From IMG/VR virus record IMGVR_UViG_3300031836_000033, positions 1 through 37,717 of that record: a stretch of DNA of 37,717 nucleotides; one strand, written 5' to 3'. How positions within the stretch are numbered: position 1 is the stretch's first letter; each line of letters starts with the position of its first letter. The notes beneath the pieces are model-generated. The model made no database searches. It worked only from the letters and a program-made list of their open reading frames with translations, and was not told where the DNA came from. A program made the translations under genes and the position numbers. The stretch comes from a virus. Its lineage: Duplodnaviria > Caudoviricetes. Positions 11,901-20,014 of this stretch are shown here, piece after piece.

Positions 11901-12392
11901 CCCATACTGGTCAGCAAAGCCCTTGCGCGACTCTTCTGCTGCTGCGCCGCCCGCCTGCAATCCGCCCGATACACCGCCCGCTACTTTGGCCGCTGTTGCG
12001 CCGCGACCCAGCACGCCCACTGCAGGCAGTACGGTTGATGCCGCAGAGCCCAGCCCTTGCGCCAACGTCATTGCATAGCCAGAACCGGTTTCAGGCATGG
12101 TCCAGGTGTCCGGCTTGAACAGATCCCCGCCCGCCGTGTCACGCATGGCTGCCTGACCGCCCGCACTAATAGTGTCGCGGATCGATTTGACTGGCGCCTC
12201 GAGCGGATTAGCTGCGCGCAGGTTGGTTCCTGCAACGGCATTGATGCCCGAGGCAAGAAGCTGGCCGCCGCCTTGGAAGCCATAACCCACACCCTCGATC
12301 GCCGAGGCACCTACCTGCTTGGCAAAGTCGCCGACCGACGCCTTGGGTTTGACGCGATCATTGAAGTCGAGGTCGTCCAGAATGCTAGCCAT
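2973..12392 (-). CDS. Large polyvalent protein, probably an ejected internal virion protein (3139 aa)
   Basis: Gly/Ala-rich N-terminus; ParB-like LDGHHQW; LPD5-like IEDFGEKLEGARKD; LPD1/zincin AHEWWHALD; HEHYVH and HEVVGH motifs; ART-PolyVal-like FKRWFGDSKVVD..VVYHGT; LPD38-like RIPKPFELG. Confidence 0.85.
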   Translation of the reverse strand: MASILDDLDFNDRVKPKASVGDFAKQVGASAIEGVGYGFQGGGQLLASGINAVAGTNLRAANPLEAPVKSIRDTISAGGQAAMRDTAGGDLFKPDTWTMPETGSGYAMTLAQGLGSAASTVLPAVGVLGRGATAAKVAGGVSGGLQAGGAAAEESRKGFADQYGQMADVDLQAELPAYAELRASGIPEAEARDTLANRGALYSTVGAGAFGVGGGAVGGALISRIASGKALPSIMGGAVNSKAGRIAAGGATGAVGEGAQEVVENMGATGARNLAYGLDVTENITDDTFADFAAGAMTGGAVSASAAAISKVQPTPTEDNPAPLPVDRPDPAAGALSRAAAQLPAPAPVLALPAPEQAMYVDGQGNAQNVGPIRNVDGVMQAEAQGMPPINAGMRQALNEGQSPVGVQPNTVPAEEARRQDRTKVAALEQERADRQARAFVNRVNVQASEALQRGEEPRNTNTMPAGLDLADKQGAGRWLAEPYRNSVQGLVSQLTKGGDVAYVRNANDVITGRTPSINPLWWQNMDPSVKPGSVDQAKAVVEKALAGKSLGPKQARFIATMLDMTDEMRVDQQQAEQNEAILQEIDREINLESRRNNVDNQIGGRQFDLDEQDEAELYAYLDGKFEPFSLDDLTPEDIDSIRRDLIALDDTTEQTRMAGDNSEGEDNADYRSTVQARGQVPAQQGVSGDRDRDSQDGQTLPAGREPDDFDLESQTEEQLASQERARLDADQADTAARTQQEQRTRADSERNDFSLTGSNRTADVGAAAGQVDLLSTNTPEPVTAPAVTPERDDNQIPSIQGADIDGDWAQFSAESGTLGIPRADMPQIKAEHRGAMVNFLKARGVRHTESTVPATSLKPTQAEFSRKKVEAAKEYEGGDRAILVSRDGHVLDGHHQWIAKRDAGEDVRIIRLSRNINNLLAVVREFPSASQDGQGAQTNSSKYPPTNISIGDAVYWDGASYTVTGGVAGGITAEGVSAKLGSGVTSQKSIILMGDDAIGARRAAIERDESVAAQPPANTADTQVIDSESEPLEQARANMAGETPQQRTIASANADTSNPAPQERIEDFGEKLEGARKDYASKLKDAESLDIAASTLTQAWPEPDYQKLVENGADPWTVGLIRAAREEIPPKPRVAWKLRGWVTKVEALREMSKEVMADPEYAAKMKAEAGKNPVLREFVDKVDLYEVVGHSKSLKGIAVNSGSYTIFNGVKLDRPLVKWSIERKVKSGAFGNMPRQLATADTKTEVIEKFKAIHQKLDSVTAKADKTVRFGIYSTRGTTDYFIGKKIGKEVVRIKDGFDSAKEARAHLQDNQEGLESTLAKMKDLPKHRKETNSPRVGADHRANGDVSPEEFAEAFGFRGVQFGNYVEQGRRQQDMNRAYDALLDLAGILNVPARALSLNGELGLAFGARGKGGKNSAAAHYESGRIVINLTKNDGAGTLAHEWWHALDNYFTRARGAASSQSFATEGSPDGNVRQEVVEAFREVTRTVNRSGMLARSQSLDTTRSKAYWSTTREMTARAFESYAIEKMRDQGASNDYLANIVSPEYWAAAEGMGIEEGGRYPYPEAAEIPAVRTAYDNFFNVVESKEGDDGNVVLFQRRSVGASGFVSRGDVVKLAVGKMGNDTISRRFRFLDYPELPSDIKDAAANQGIQPGEVRAVHWRGTTYMVDDRFPTAEEAVGAMFHEHYVHFGLRAKYGRGLRFKLGKLLGGVGGLKGVRDLAKKQGIDLSDYEQGLAGDPTTSSESRGLVLMEELMAHMGETTGTLRRIVEEFVGMMRAWLRDSGYADMSQLGVTDLAFELRGARQAAIAADRALPAESDQPMFQRAAGAVGTDAFKRWFGDSKVVDEQGRPLVVYHGTAADFDSFDNSKTGANDRGLWGRGHYFSASVDNANSYALRQGDGARLIPAYASIKNPLVLTTSSDLVTRLPDGKNYRDLVGENLDGSKIKQMAVDAGHDGVIQIRPNGQIGDLVAYSPEQIKSAIGNNGDFDPQNNDIRFRTTSSKPKARITLDQAKDVARELSAKGIPVIAVETEAGLPEDIQVAIERRGWQGRVGGVYRNGRAYIVAANLESVDRAYAVALHEVVGHAGIKGVLGNRLNGVMRQVYRDMPKDVRDMLIKRYGKQLDEMTKAVAEQTVGEEYVAILSETDPQNSLLQRVIAAVRNFLRQRFGADIRWNKADLIRMLADSKRYLAENYVVTSDGLFSVEAEGQDADNNGDFDPGNNDIRFSLSDQAVTDEALRKLGLKPEAAKTLREKITAMQTGDLRNLLADWGKRAKEGVFDGLNGIKEAEVAVGVTDPNRQGYVSARMATGIADVMHAVMHYGAPEWSGGIIAPRADTRGLLDILGELGNDNLTDWLGWLGGKRAQMLKKQGRENNLSDAEIDELLALGGDNAALFERVYREYAKINEAVLDVAQEAGLVKGDDRAKWATEYYVPFYRVTEEGLFTAPRGKKGLSHQSAGIKALKGGKVPTNDLLENILTNWTKRLDASLKNKALLEVVDNLKGSDYLTNQDLKWQRMVVPRNEVVKKIKGDRVALEFWAEQLGLDETANHLEIAHELNKLDTRGYEELWGRVAPTEPDVIRAQRDGKSEYYKVNDESLLRGLKHIEGTVFNDPVTKIGRAFKRLLTTGVTASPDFILRNFIRDAAHAWVINKDGYKLGIDSLKGLKQAFAEDPDYRDMMFSGSSFQGGYVHGNDPEAAAQIIRRALEKKGMGKAARDRHMSSLITTPAQMSDLLLQGWQKYRGVGDKIENANRLATYKASIAAGKSKREAAFEAKDLMDYSLRGNFAAAQWFTDVVPFLNARLQGLYKLGRAAKGDKSLIAKEIAIKGGYIAAFSVLLAGLNGDDERYKELPEWDKDMHWHIWLGEEHFRIPKPFELGIVFGTIPERMLMAMTGNQTGEQLTSAVARGFFETLAFNPVPQFYQPIREIQANRNFFRDMPIEGMADEGKLPEARYDNRTSALGIALGQVTGPTMGISPKQIDHLIQGYTGTLGGYVLSMSTLIADMGQPGEAPDRRLSDLPVAKVLYSGKDPRSTQYHTQFYDMLGEADQIYRTMRSYREEGRVDAAEALMEKEGNKLKYRSALGSARQQFGGIRKQMTAIYDNEEMSGTEKRRRLNELQDRSNQLAKKIVDMAGAEF
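5709..5750 (-). repeat. Linker repeat copy B (NNGDFDPGNNDIRF)
   Basis: 13 of 14 residues identical to 6399-6440. Confidence 0.85.
6399..6440 (-). repeat. Linker repeat copy A (NNGDFDPQNNDIRF)
   Basis: Ends the ART-like domain; repeated at 5709-5750. Confidence 0.85.
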
Positions 12393-13675
12393 TAGTTCGC
12401 AACCTCAATGCCGTTGCGTCTGGCAAGCTCAATCACTTCCGCCTCGGAAATACCTTCTGCTTTAGCCTTGGCTGCCACTTCGGCGCGCGTCACGGTACGC
12501 CCTGCTTGCTGCACTCCCCTTTCTTGCGGACTGCCGACCTGTTGGCCGGTCAAGGTATCCAGGGCTACGCGACCAATAAGAGGCGCGCCCATAGCGTCCT
12601 CGCCCAAAATTACGTCTTGCAGCATGTACCGGTCTTTGCCCGAGACTGTCAGTGCTTGGAATGACCGCTCAGCCTGCGCCCGCTCTTCTTCGGACAGACG
12701 CGGGTCGGCAATGCGGCTTTGCAGGTCTTGGATGCGCTGCTCAGCTTCTGCTGAACGATCACCTTGAGCGACTTGCTGCAATCCGGCCTGAAGACTGGCT
12801 ATGCGCGCAGACCCGCCTGCAATCTGCTGCTGATTATTGTCGCGTATCTGCCTGTTGTTCTCGCTAGTGCGCTGGTTCTCGCGGCGGTTCAACTCCCCTT
12901 CCATGCCGCTTTTCCCTGAGTCGCGTACAACGGTCATGGGCACCGGGTTGCTTCTCTCCCTGCTCGTCTGCTGCATGATCTCAGTGGCGAGCAGGTTCTG
13001 GGCCATTGCTTCTCGGCCGCCCGACACGACGCTAAAGGTGCCGCCGGACTGCTTGTCTGAAGGCCTTGCTCCCTGCACAGCATCAGGTCGATCGGTAAAT
13101 TCCATCACGCCGTCTGCGCCACGACGCGACACGGCGCCCGGTACGGACGTTTGCTGATAGGGCGATTGCGCGGCAGGGGTGACTGCCTGCGGCTGCGCTG
13201 CAACTTGCGGCTGCTCTACTGCAGGCGCTTGCGCAACTTGCGGTTGTGGTGCCGGCGCGGCAACTGGCTCTGCACCGCCGGGCTGTGCGGCTGCTTGTGG
13301 GATAGCGCCACTCAGGCCCAAGATGGCAGACTGTGGCGCTCGCATGATAGCGGCCGAATAATCTTGCACAGCTTGGCCGGCACGACCGCCCATCTGCGTC
13401 ATCGCATCAGCCCCGCCTCGTCGGGTAGTTGGATCGCCCCCGGCCGCGCGCACCATCAGGTTTGTGCCCGCATCTGCTATTTGGCCCGCGCCAATAGATA
13501 GCGTCTTGGATGCGGCGCCGATCATTTCACTTGGTAAGGGGATGCGCGGCAAGTCTTTGCCTAGCGGGGATGCTTCAGGGGTTCTCACCGGACGATCGAA
13601 CGTCATGTTCAGGTCAGAAGGGCGTGTACGCTTTTTGGCTTGATTGATATCGCCAGGAAGATCTGAAATAGCCAT
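12392..13675 (-). CDS. Putative internal virion (ejection) protein (427 aa)
   Basis: GGAG SD before MAISDLPG; Ala/Gln/Pro-rich and coiled-coil; TAATG coupling to the giant gene. Confidence 0.65.
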   Translation of the reverse strand: MAISDLPGDINQAKKRTRPSDLNMTFDRPVRTPEASPLGKDLPRIPLPSEMIGAASKTLSIGAGQIADAGTNLMVRAAGGDPTTRRGGADAMTQMGGRAGQAVQDYSAAIMRAPQSAILGLSGAIPQAAAQPGGAEPVAAPAPQPQVAQAPAVEQPQVAAQPQAVTPAAQSPYQQTSVPGAVSRRGADGVMEFTDRPDAVQGARPSDKQSGGTFSVVSGGREAMAQNLLATEIMQQTSRERSNPVPMTVVRDSGKSGMEGELNRRENQRTSENNRQIRDNNQQQIAGGSARIASLQAGLQQVAQGDRSAEAEQRIQDLQSRIADPRLSEEERAQAERSFQALTVSGKDRYMLQDVILGEDAMGAPLIGRVALDTLTGQQVGSPQERGVQQAGRTVTRAEVAAKAKAEGISEAEVIELARRNGIEVAN

Positions 13676-13705
13676 CGGGTGCTCCGCATGTTCGCTTTGC
13701 ACCCG

Positions 13706-13733
13706 ACGCTATGTGACTGAATCAGCAGATCAA
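13706..13733 (-). promoter_or_regulatory. GTCACA-box promoter copy 2 (ejection module)
   Basis: Minus strand TTGATC-TGCTGATTCAGTCACA-TAGCGT. Confidence 0.7.
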
Positions 13734-14674
13734 GATACTTGACCGCTATACAGCTCTGCCTGCAGGGAGCCCTGGGCATTGGCTGCCGATCCGGCGGTGT
13801 CAGCAAAGGCAGCAGCAGCCCGTGCCAGCGCCTGATTCTGCGCCGCCCGCACATCGCCCTCCTGCATCTTGGTCTTATTGGTTGCATCCTGCGCACTGGC
13901 CTTGCCACTGGCCGCTTTGAGCCTAAGTTCCTCAAAGCCCAACTCGACGTTGTAGTAGCTCGACAGCGCGCTGGTCAGTGCGGAATAGGCTTGAGCCTTG
14001 GAACGCGCCAGATCCAGGTCGCGGTTCAGCACCGATACCCACTGGTTATAGAACGTCGCCAGTGACTGCATCATGCCCAGCTTAATCTGCGCTGCGGTAC
14101 TGGCGGCAAACTTCACCAGATCCAGCTTGATCTCGGCATCGCGTACCGTTTGGGTGCGGTTGATATCGGCGATCGCTTCGCTTGCGCGGATCTCGGCATT
14201 GTTGAACGCAGCAAACATGGCGCCCGGCGGTACCGTGAACCCACGCTGGCTATACTCAGACCGTATCTGCGCCTGCTCGGTATTAGCCTGGCGGAAAGCT
14301 CGATCGCGCCCCTCATGCCAGACCGCCTCAAACACCTCACGACTCAGGCCGAATGGCGTCTGGCCGGTCAGGATGCCGCATGCCCACTCTTCTGGCTGGT
14401 ACTTAGTGCAGCTATTGATATTGGGAAAGTATTTATCCAGCCACTTTTCCGTCTCGGCATTCAGGAACTGGATCGACCCACCCTTGGTATCGCCGCCCAG
14501 CAGGTCACCAATGGCCGGCGGCCGATCAATGTTTGGCTTGGTTGGCGTGTAGTTGAAGTCGACACTGGACGAGCCCGGCACAAAGCTGCCAATACGGCCA
14601 GACAGTGCGGATGCACGGCCAAGCGCATCGCGTGCATAATCCTGCAGGAAGTCGGTGCTTTGTGTGATGCTCAT
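13730..14674 (-). CDS. Virion structural protein, helical (314 aa)
   Basis: Long ORF with ATGA coupling, in the tail/ejection cluster. Confidence 0.7.
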   Translation of the reverse strand: MSITQSTDFLQDYARDALGRASALSGRIGSFVPGSSSVDFNYTPTKPNIDRPPAIGDLLGGDTKGGSIQFLNAETEKWLDKYFPNINSCTKYQPEEWACGILTGQTPFGLSREVFEAVWHEGRDRAFRQANTEQAQIRSEYSQRGFTVPPGAMFAAFNNAEIRASEAIADINRTQTVRDAEIKLDLVKFAASTAAQIKLGMMQSLATFYNQWVSVLNRDLDLARSKAQAYSALTSALSSYYNVELGFEELRLKAASGKASAQDATNKTKMQEGDVRAAQNQALARAAAAFADTAGSAANAQGSLQAELYSGQVS

Positions 14675-14877
14675 GGTAGATCCTCGATGTACTCGAACGA
14701 ATGCTTGAAGTCAGTCCAGAATGGGGGCGTAGTTAACGGCGGCGAATAGACCGTACTAAGAATAATTCCATCGCCAGCATCGCCCGTAACTTCCGAATCA
14801 TATTCTTCGGCACTTACTAACGTGGCCGAGTAGCTCCCACCCACAGAATACGTTAGCGCGAAGGTTTTTAAGTTCAT
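14671..14877 (-). CDS. Small hypothetical protein (68 aa)
   Basis: ATGA overlaps at both ends; PPFWTDF C-terminal motif. Confidence 0.65.
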   Translation of the reverse strand: MNLKTFALTYSVGGSYSATLVSAEEYDSEVTGDAGDGIILSTVYSPPLTTPPFWTDFKHSFEYIEDLP

Positions 14878-15812
14878 GGGCCGAGCCCCCCGAATGATCT
14901 ATACCCCGAAACAAGCCGAAAACCACCGCTCACCACTTCACACAGCTCGATGTCAGACCAGACGGAATACGCCGTGTAAAAAGGTATGTAGGCCGGATAG
15001 AAGGGCTTGCGAAAAACAGTAACTTGTCCGTAGACGGCGCACTGATCTATCAACTCCTGCGCTATAGATGCAGATGCAGCGTTAAATTCGGCGTCGGCAT
15101 CGCTTGACTCTTCGTTCACCGCTGCGACAACCGAAACGTATGATTTAGCTACCGTGCTAGGGTTCCAGCCCACCTGAACCGGCTCCGAGATGCTAATCGT
15201 TAATACGCCTGTAGAGTCATTTATTGCGTGCGAGACAAGCCGTGCGTGTCCGTCTGCAAACGCCACCGATGCGCGCCACAAAACAGCCGAAGTGCTTGTG
15301 TTTGAAGCGGTTATGTTGCTGCCAGTTATGAAGCATTGCCCGAACTCAGGAACGGCGGTTACGTTCTCATCTATCGGATTACCGCTGTCGTACAGACCGC
15401 AATAAACGCCTTTCGCGTGCTGCACCGGGTCAGTGCGATACGACTCACCAAAGAAGAACGGCGATGCACCACCAAATAAAGTTGCTGGCACTGGCGAAGG
15501 CCGCGTTGCTGCAGCAGGAAGCAGTGCGAAACCATTGATTCCGCTTTCGTCCACTTCCGAACTACCCGGAATAGGCGTTATCACATAAAACACAGAGTCG
15601 CCCACCATAAACTGCGGGTAGGCTTCCATGCTTTCGTCCGAAGACACTAGACGCCCGGTGTCGAAAAAGAATTCGCCGGACGGGTCTTCGGGGGCAAAGC
15701 CGGTCAATGGGGCAACATACTTCTGCGAAACGATAGCCCCCGTTTCACCATCAACAACAAATAGCTGATAGTTACCGACTCCGCCTTCGCGCGTTATTAT
15801 GCTAGTCAGCAT
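14874..15812 (-). CDS. Hypothetical tail-region protein, lower GC (312 aa)
   Basis: GGAG SD before MLTSIITREGG; beta-rich composition; overlaps both neighbours. Confidence 0.65.
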   Translation of the reverse strand: MLTSIITREGGVGNYQLFVVDGETGAIVSQKYVAPLTGFAPEDPSGEFFFDTGRLVSSDESMEAYPQFMVGDSVFYVITPIPGSSEVDESGINGFALLPAAATRPSPVPATLFGGASPFFFGESYRTDPVQHAKGVYCGLYDSGNPIDENVTAVPEFGQCFITGSNITASNTSTSAVLWRASVAFADGHARLVSHAINDSTGVLTISISEPVQVGWNPSTVAKSYVSVVAAVNEESSDADAEFNAASASIAQELIDQCAVYGQVTVFRKPFYPAYIPFYTAYSVWSDIELCEVVSGGFRLVSGYRSFGGLGP

Positions 15813-17544
15813 TATTGTTTCTCCACATGCGCCCGGGTTTCGGGTAATACAGGCCGTTGCCAACCACGCCGATAGCGCGATTAGGACCATAAATGCTGCT
15901 GATCTGCGCCCAGGTCAGCCCAGAGTCGTAGCTAATAAAGCTAGCCCCAGCACCGCCGTTGCTAAATCCGGCAAGTAGTACCGCAGGCCTGTCTTCTGTT
16001 TCCATTTGAACCACACCTATTTTTGATACCCCGCCGCGCTGATCAATCAGGCTTGCTGCCCACATGCTGCCCACCTGTGTTGCCAGGCCGGTGCGCACGT
16101 TGTACTGACCCATCGATACAGCCAAGCCTGTAGCGTCCGCCACGGGGAACACCAGCTTTCCGTTACCGATATGGGTGACGCTGTTGCGCATGTGGTCTTC
16201 TGACCACTTGCCGGTCAGGTCCGTGGCCAAAGGGGCGCGCCATGCTGGCCGGGTGATGATGTTGATCTGCCCGGTATCGGCATTTACAGCTACCAGGCCG
16301 CCATCCATGAACGGGTTGAGCATCCAGATAACGCTATCCACTTCGTCACCACCAACAAACCAGACTTTGCTGCGCTCAACATCGCTTGCAAGCTCGAGCT
16401 CAATGAAGTTGCCCCCAGGCGTCAGCAATACGCTGTGGAAATAGTCGACCTCGTTGTCCAGTTCGTCGAGCTGACGCACCACCTGACCAATGACCATTGC
16501 GCCTTTCGGGCCTGTTGCTGGGGCGCAGAACGAATTACGGTAATACACATCAGGCGCACTACGCGACTGCGGGACGCGCAACAAATCAGCGCTGTCTGCC
16601 GGGTCATAAAGGCTGACCGGCAAAGCGGACACGCTCTGATCAATACCCACCTGCACCCTGAATGTCGCCAGCTTGCGGCCACCCCAGTAGTCCTTTGTGC
16701 CTGCAGGCGCACTGGTAATGCGTGTTGCCACTTGCCAGACGGCTGATCCATTGTCATTACTCACCAGCGAGGCGTAACACCACGGCGCTTGAAAGCGTCC
16801 GCCCGCACTGTCCTGCGACCAGCGATCGCTTGGCACGGGCTGCGCCGGGTCGGGCCAGTCCTGCACTACCTGTCCGCCGGTATGGGTTTCGAGCCAGTCG
16901 CTGTCAACGGTAAACCCGAACGTAGGGCGCGGCACGCTCTGCAGTTGCCCATCAACAAAGCCTGCATTTGGATAACCACGGTAGACCGAGAAGCTGAACA
17001 CATAGAATGTGGGGTACTGAGCCGTGCGGTAGAACAGCAGCAGATCCTGACTGCCGACCGTAGCACCGAGCGCGCGGCCTTGCCCTGCCGTGCGGCGGCC
17101 ATCGGCGTACTCCTGAACACCGTGATCGAAGGCATTGAGCGGCGGAGTGGATTGCGCTTGCGCTTCGTTTCGCTCGAGCAGCTGCGCCCGGGTAAACACA
17201 TAAATCTGTGTGCATGGCGCGTTAGGGGTAGGAGGCGGCGTGTTCGCCCAGTCCCAGTGCAAGTTGTCGCGGTTGAATGCAGTGGTAATCGGGCTGAACT
17301 GGAATCTCCCCTGCTCTAGGTCGCCCGTCGGTGCTACCGGACCGGGGCCAAACACAATCAGCAGGGTCTGCGGCTCGATCACGCTGGCTGACAGGTTATC
17401 CCCGTTACGCTTGCCTTCGACTATGCAGCCCTCGATGATCCTGCGCTTCACACCTGTCCGCGCCTTGATCGACCGCGCCATGCGCTCGGCCATGCGGATC
17501 CAGCGCGAGCCGTTGATGCTCGGGACACTACGCCGGCAGTTCAT
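15802..17544 (-). CDS. Tail-associated protein, probable beta-propeller (580 aa)
   Basis: ATGA coupling; Asp-box SYDSGLTW (SxDxGxTW) near the C-terminus. Confidence 0.65.
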   Translation of the reverse strand: MNCRRSVPSINGSRWIRMAERMARSIKARTGVKRRIIEGCIVEGKRNGDNLSASVIEPQTLLIVFGPGPVAPTGDLEQGRFQFSPITTAFNRDNLHWDWANTPPPTPNAPCTQIYVFTRAQLLERNEAQAQSTPPLNAFDHGVQEYADGRRTAGQGRALGATVGSQDLLLFYRTAQYPTFYVFSFSVYRGYPNAGFVDGQLQSVPRPTFGFTVDSDWLETHTGGQVVQDWPDPAQPVPSDRWSQDSAGGRFQAPWCYASLVSNDNGSAVWQVATRITSAPAGTKDYWGGRKLATFRVQVGIDQSVSALPVSLYDPADSADLLRVPQSRSAPDVYYRNSFCAPATGPKGAMVIGQVVRQLDELDNEVDYFHSVLLTPGGNFIELELASDVERSKVWFVGGDEVDSVIWMLNPFMDGGLVAVNADTGQINIITRPAWRAPLATDLTGKWSEDHMRNSVTHIGNGKLVFPVADATGLAVSMGQYNVRTGLATQVGSMWAASLIDQRGGVSKIGVVQMETEDRPAVLLAGFSNGGAGASFISYDSGLTWAQISSIYGPNRAIGVVGNGLYYPKPGRMWRNNNAD

Positions 17545-19568
17545 CGGCGCAACCTGCGCTGCGATACGCCTATCTCGACCTCGATGTTATCCAGATCGGC
17601 ATAGCTCGCGTCACACAGCTCAAGCCTGACCCGCCAGTGTCTTGCGGCAAGGCCCTTGGCAGTGCGTGCGCGTTGCTCGTTTTCGGTGCCCGAGGCGCGA
17701 TATACCGCTTCTTCACCGTCATCACCGGTTACCCGCAGATACACGCATCCGTCGGTCGCGATACCGGCGTAGATACTGCTGATACGCTTGGACTGCGCGG
17801 TACCATAATCGGATGCGCCGAAGTCGATCACCGCATTGAGCGTGTCGCCGTTGTCGGTATCGCCGTCCAGTCGGTACAGGCCAGTATCAGTGATAGCGTA
17901 GGTAACGCCGCCTGATCGAGCAAACTGCTTGAAGCCGAAATTCTGGTAGGTGCTCAAGGCCCCGGTGATCGAATTGACCGCATACTGCAGTGCTTCGCGC
18001 CTGGCTGCCCCGGCATTGGTATTGATCGCCATGCGCTCATTGATCGCCATCTGCACGATACTGGTCAGGCCGGCCGTGCTGCCGACACCCATGGACTCGA
18101 CCAGCTCCATGTTGATGATCAGGTACAGGTCCAGGCTGTCGCCCAGATCAATGCCCTCATGCAGCACAAACAGCACAATCGTGCTCAGGCTCAACGTGTC
18201 CAGGGAGATCAGCAGATCATTGCCGTCCAGCTGATTGGCTGGCAGGTACGACCACCAGCCGCGGCCTTCGTAGACTGTTGCTGCCGCACTGGTGCCGCCG
18301 AAGTAATCACCCTCGGACGACTGGCCTTTCATTGCCATAGAGCCGTAGGCGCTCATCACCCCGCCGCTCAGTATGTTGGCGGTCAGTAGCGGGAACGGGA
18401 ACACGCCGACCGCCTGCGACACCTGCGCTTCCGGCCTTGATATCCGCGCGCTCAACACTGGTCGCGAGAAATTACCGCTACCCATGATGACGCCATACAC
18501 GTCAGCGACGCCGGACAAGGCCTTGCCGCTCATCGCCAGATTGCCAAAGGCCACCGATACGCCCAGCGATTGCCGAGTGCTGGGGCCCAAGGCAGTGAAG
18601 CCGGCCAGTTCGGACTGCAGCAGTGTTTCAGCAGGGGTATTCAGGGTATAGACCGCATGCGCCTGGGCATCGCTGCGAAGGTCCATGCTGGCCACGCCAC
18701 CAGTGCGCGCCACGCCATCCAGCAGCGCGACCACGGACGCCTCAAGCGATATCGATGCAATGCCGCCCGCTATAGGCGCAAACTCGCCCACCAGGGCCAT
18801 GGATGCCGTGCCACCCGTCTCGAAATATTGGCCAATCACCGGGCCATCCACAAAGTCGGACAGCGAATACAGGGTGGCATCCACATAGGCAGGGCCTGAT
18901 AAGGCATTGGCAGAGTCGTGCACCAGTACGCCGTCGACGAACATGCGCACGCCCGATTCACTGCGCGCCACGCGAACAACGGATCCGCCAGCCACTTCAG
19001 AGCCGACATCCACGCCATTCTCAACCGGCGTGATACCTGACGGTCTGACGACCAGGGCATGACTGGCATGGCTGTAGCTGTGGTCGAAGGCGCCATCAGA
19101 CAGGCCAATCAGCACGCCCAGCGGATCAGCGGGGAGGGTTGCATCGAAGTAGCTGCCCACCGGCACCTGCGCAAGGCTGCGAGCACCGGCATTCCAGCCG
19201 AGATTGGCGAAGGCATCAATGCGCGCCGGGGATCCGGCCTGACCTTCGATTGCCGGGTAGCAGCGCACGGTTTCCTGGTAGATCGGTATGCGGTTTGAGG
19301 TGATGTCTGGCGGATTGACCATGTAGCCGGACAGGACTGTTCCGCCGCCTGCTACCTGACGATATACGGGCGAGGCTCCGCTCGGAATAAAGCTGCCGCG
19401 TGCCAACAACTCTTCAACGCTGATGTAGTACGGCTGCGTAGAGCTACCATCAATTGAGCGGTACCCGGTGATGACCTTGAAGCTTTCGCAGTATGCCGGG
19501 CGCGCCGCGATCGCCGGCACCGCCGGCACATAGGTCAGGACCGGCTGCTTCTGCAGTCGGTTCGCCAT
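17541..19568 (-). CDS. Tail structural protein (675 aa)
   Basis: Beta-rich ORF; C-terminal YAVNSITGALSTY...GLYRLDGDTDNG block. Confidence 0.65.
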   Translation of the reverse strand: MANRLQKQPVLTYVPAVPAIAARPAYCESFKVITGYRSIDGSSTQPYYISVEELLARGSFIPSGASPVYRQVAGGGTVLSGYMVNPPDITSNRIPIYQETVRCYPAIEGQAGSPARIDAFANLGWNAGARSLAQVPVGSYFDATLPADPLGVLIGLSDGAFDHSYSHASHALVVRPSGITPVENGVDVGSEVAGGSVVRVARSESGVRMFVDGVLVHDSANALSGPAYVDATLYSLSDFVDGPVIGQYFETGGTASMALVGEFAPIAGGIASISLEASVVALLDGVARTGGVASMDLRSDAQAHAVYTLNTPAETLLQSELAGFTALGPSTRQSLGVSVAFGNLAMSGKALSGVADVYGVIMGSGNFSRPVLSARISRPEAQVSQAVGVFPFPLLTANILSGGVMSAYGSMAMKGQSSEGDYFGGTSAAATVYEGRGWWSYLPANQLDGNDLLISLDTLSLSTIVLFVLHEGIDLGDSLDLYLIINMELVESMGVGSTAGLTSIVQMAINERMAINTNAGAARREALQYAVNSITGALSTYQNFGFKQFARSGGVTYAITDTGLYRLDGDTDNGDTLNAVIDFGASDYGTAQSKRISSIYAGIATDGCVYLRVTGDDGEEAVYRASGTENEQRARTAKGLAARHWRVRLELCDASYADLDNIEVEIGVSQRRLRR

Positions 19569-19570
19569 GG

Positions 19571-20014
19571 TTACGCGCTCTCAAGCAGTGCGATTGCAAA
19601 GTTTTCCAGCCGCTGCGGGGTGCCTTCTACCAGCACGGCGTTACTGATGAACAGATCCGCCGCAGGCCCGCCGACAGTGCCCTGCACCCGCGCCTCGCCC
19701 GTAGTAGCGGCCCCGGTATCAGCAGGCTTGACCAGGCGAAAGAAGCTGGCAGTACCGTTCGCCGCAACATCGCCCTGCCATATTTCGCTCAGAGATTTGG
19801 TCAGCACCGCATTGGGCGCGGTCGGCTCAAAGGTCAGGTTGCCACCGGCCGATGTCTTGATCTCGAGCAGCAGTGTATTGCCAGACAGGGCTGAATCGGC
19901 GCTGCCCGGGACGGTGCCGGAGTACACCCGCAGCACCGAACCATCGAGCACGGACTTGAGTGAGCCGACAACCGCTTGCTGGCGGCGTACTTCAGTTGAG
20001 AATTTGAAAGCCAT
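19571..20014 (-). CDS. Small virion structural protein (147 aa)
   Basis: LRVYSGTVPGSAD and GTASFFRL motifs; TAATG coupling. Confidence 0.7.
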   Translation of the reverse strand: MAFKFSTEVRRQQAVVGSLKSVLDGSVLRVYSGTVPGSADSALSGNTLLLEIKTSAGGNLTFEPTAPNAVLTKSLSEIWQGDVAANGTASFFRLVKPADTGAATTGEARVQGTVGGPAADLFISNAVLVEGTPQRLENFAIALLESA

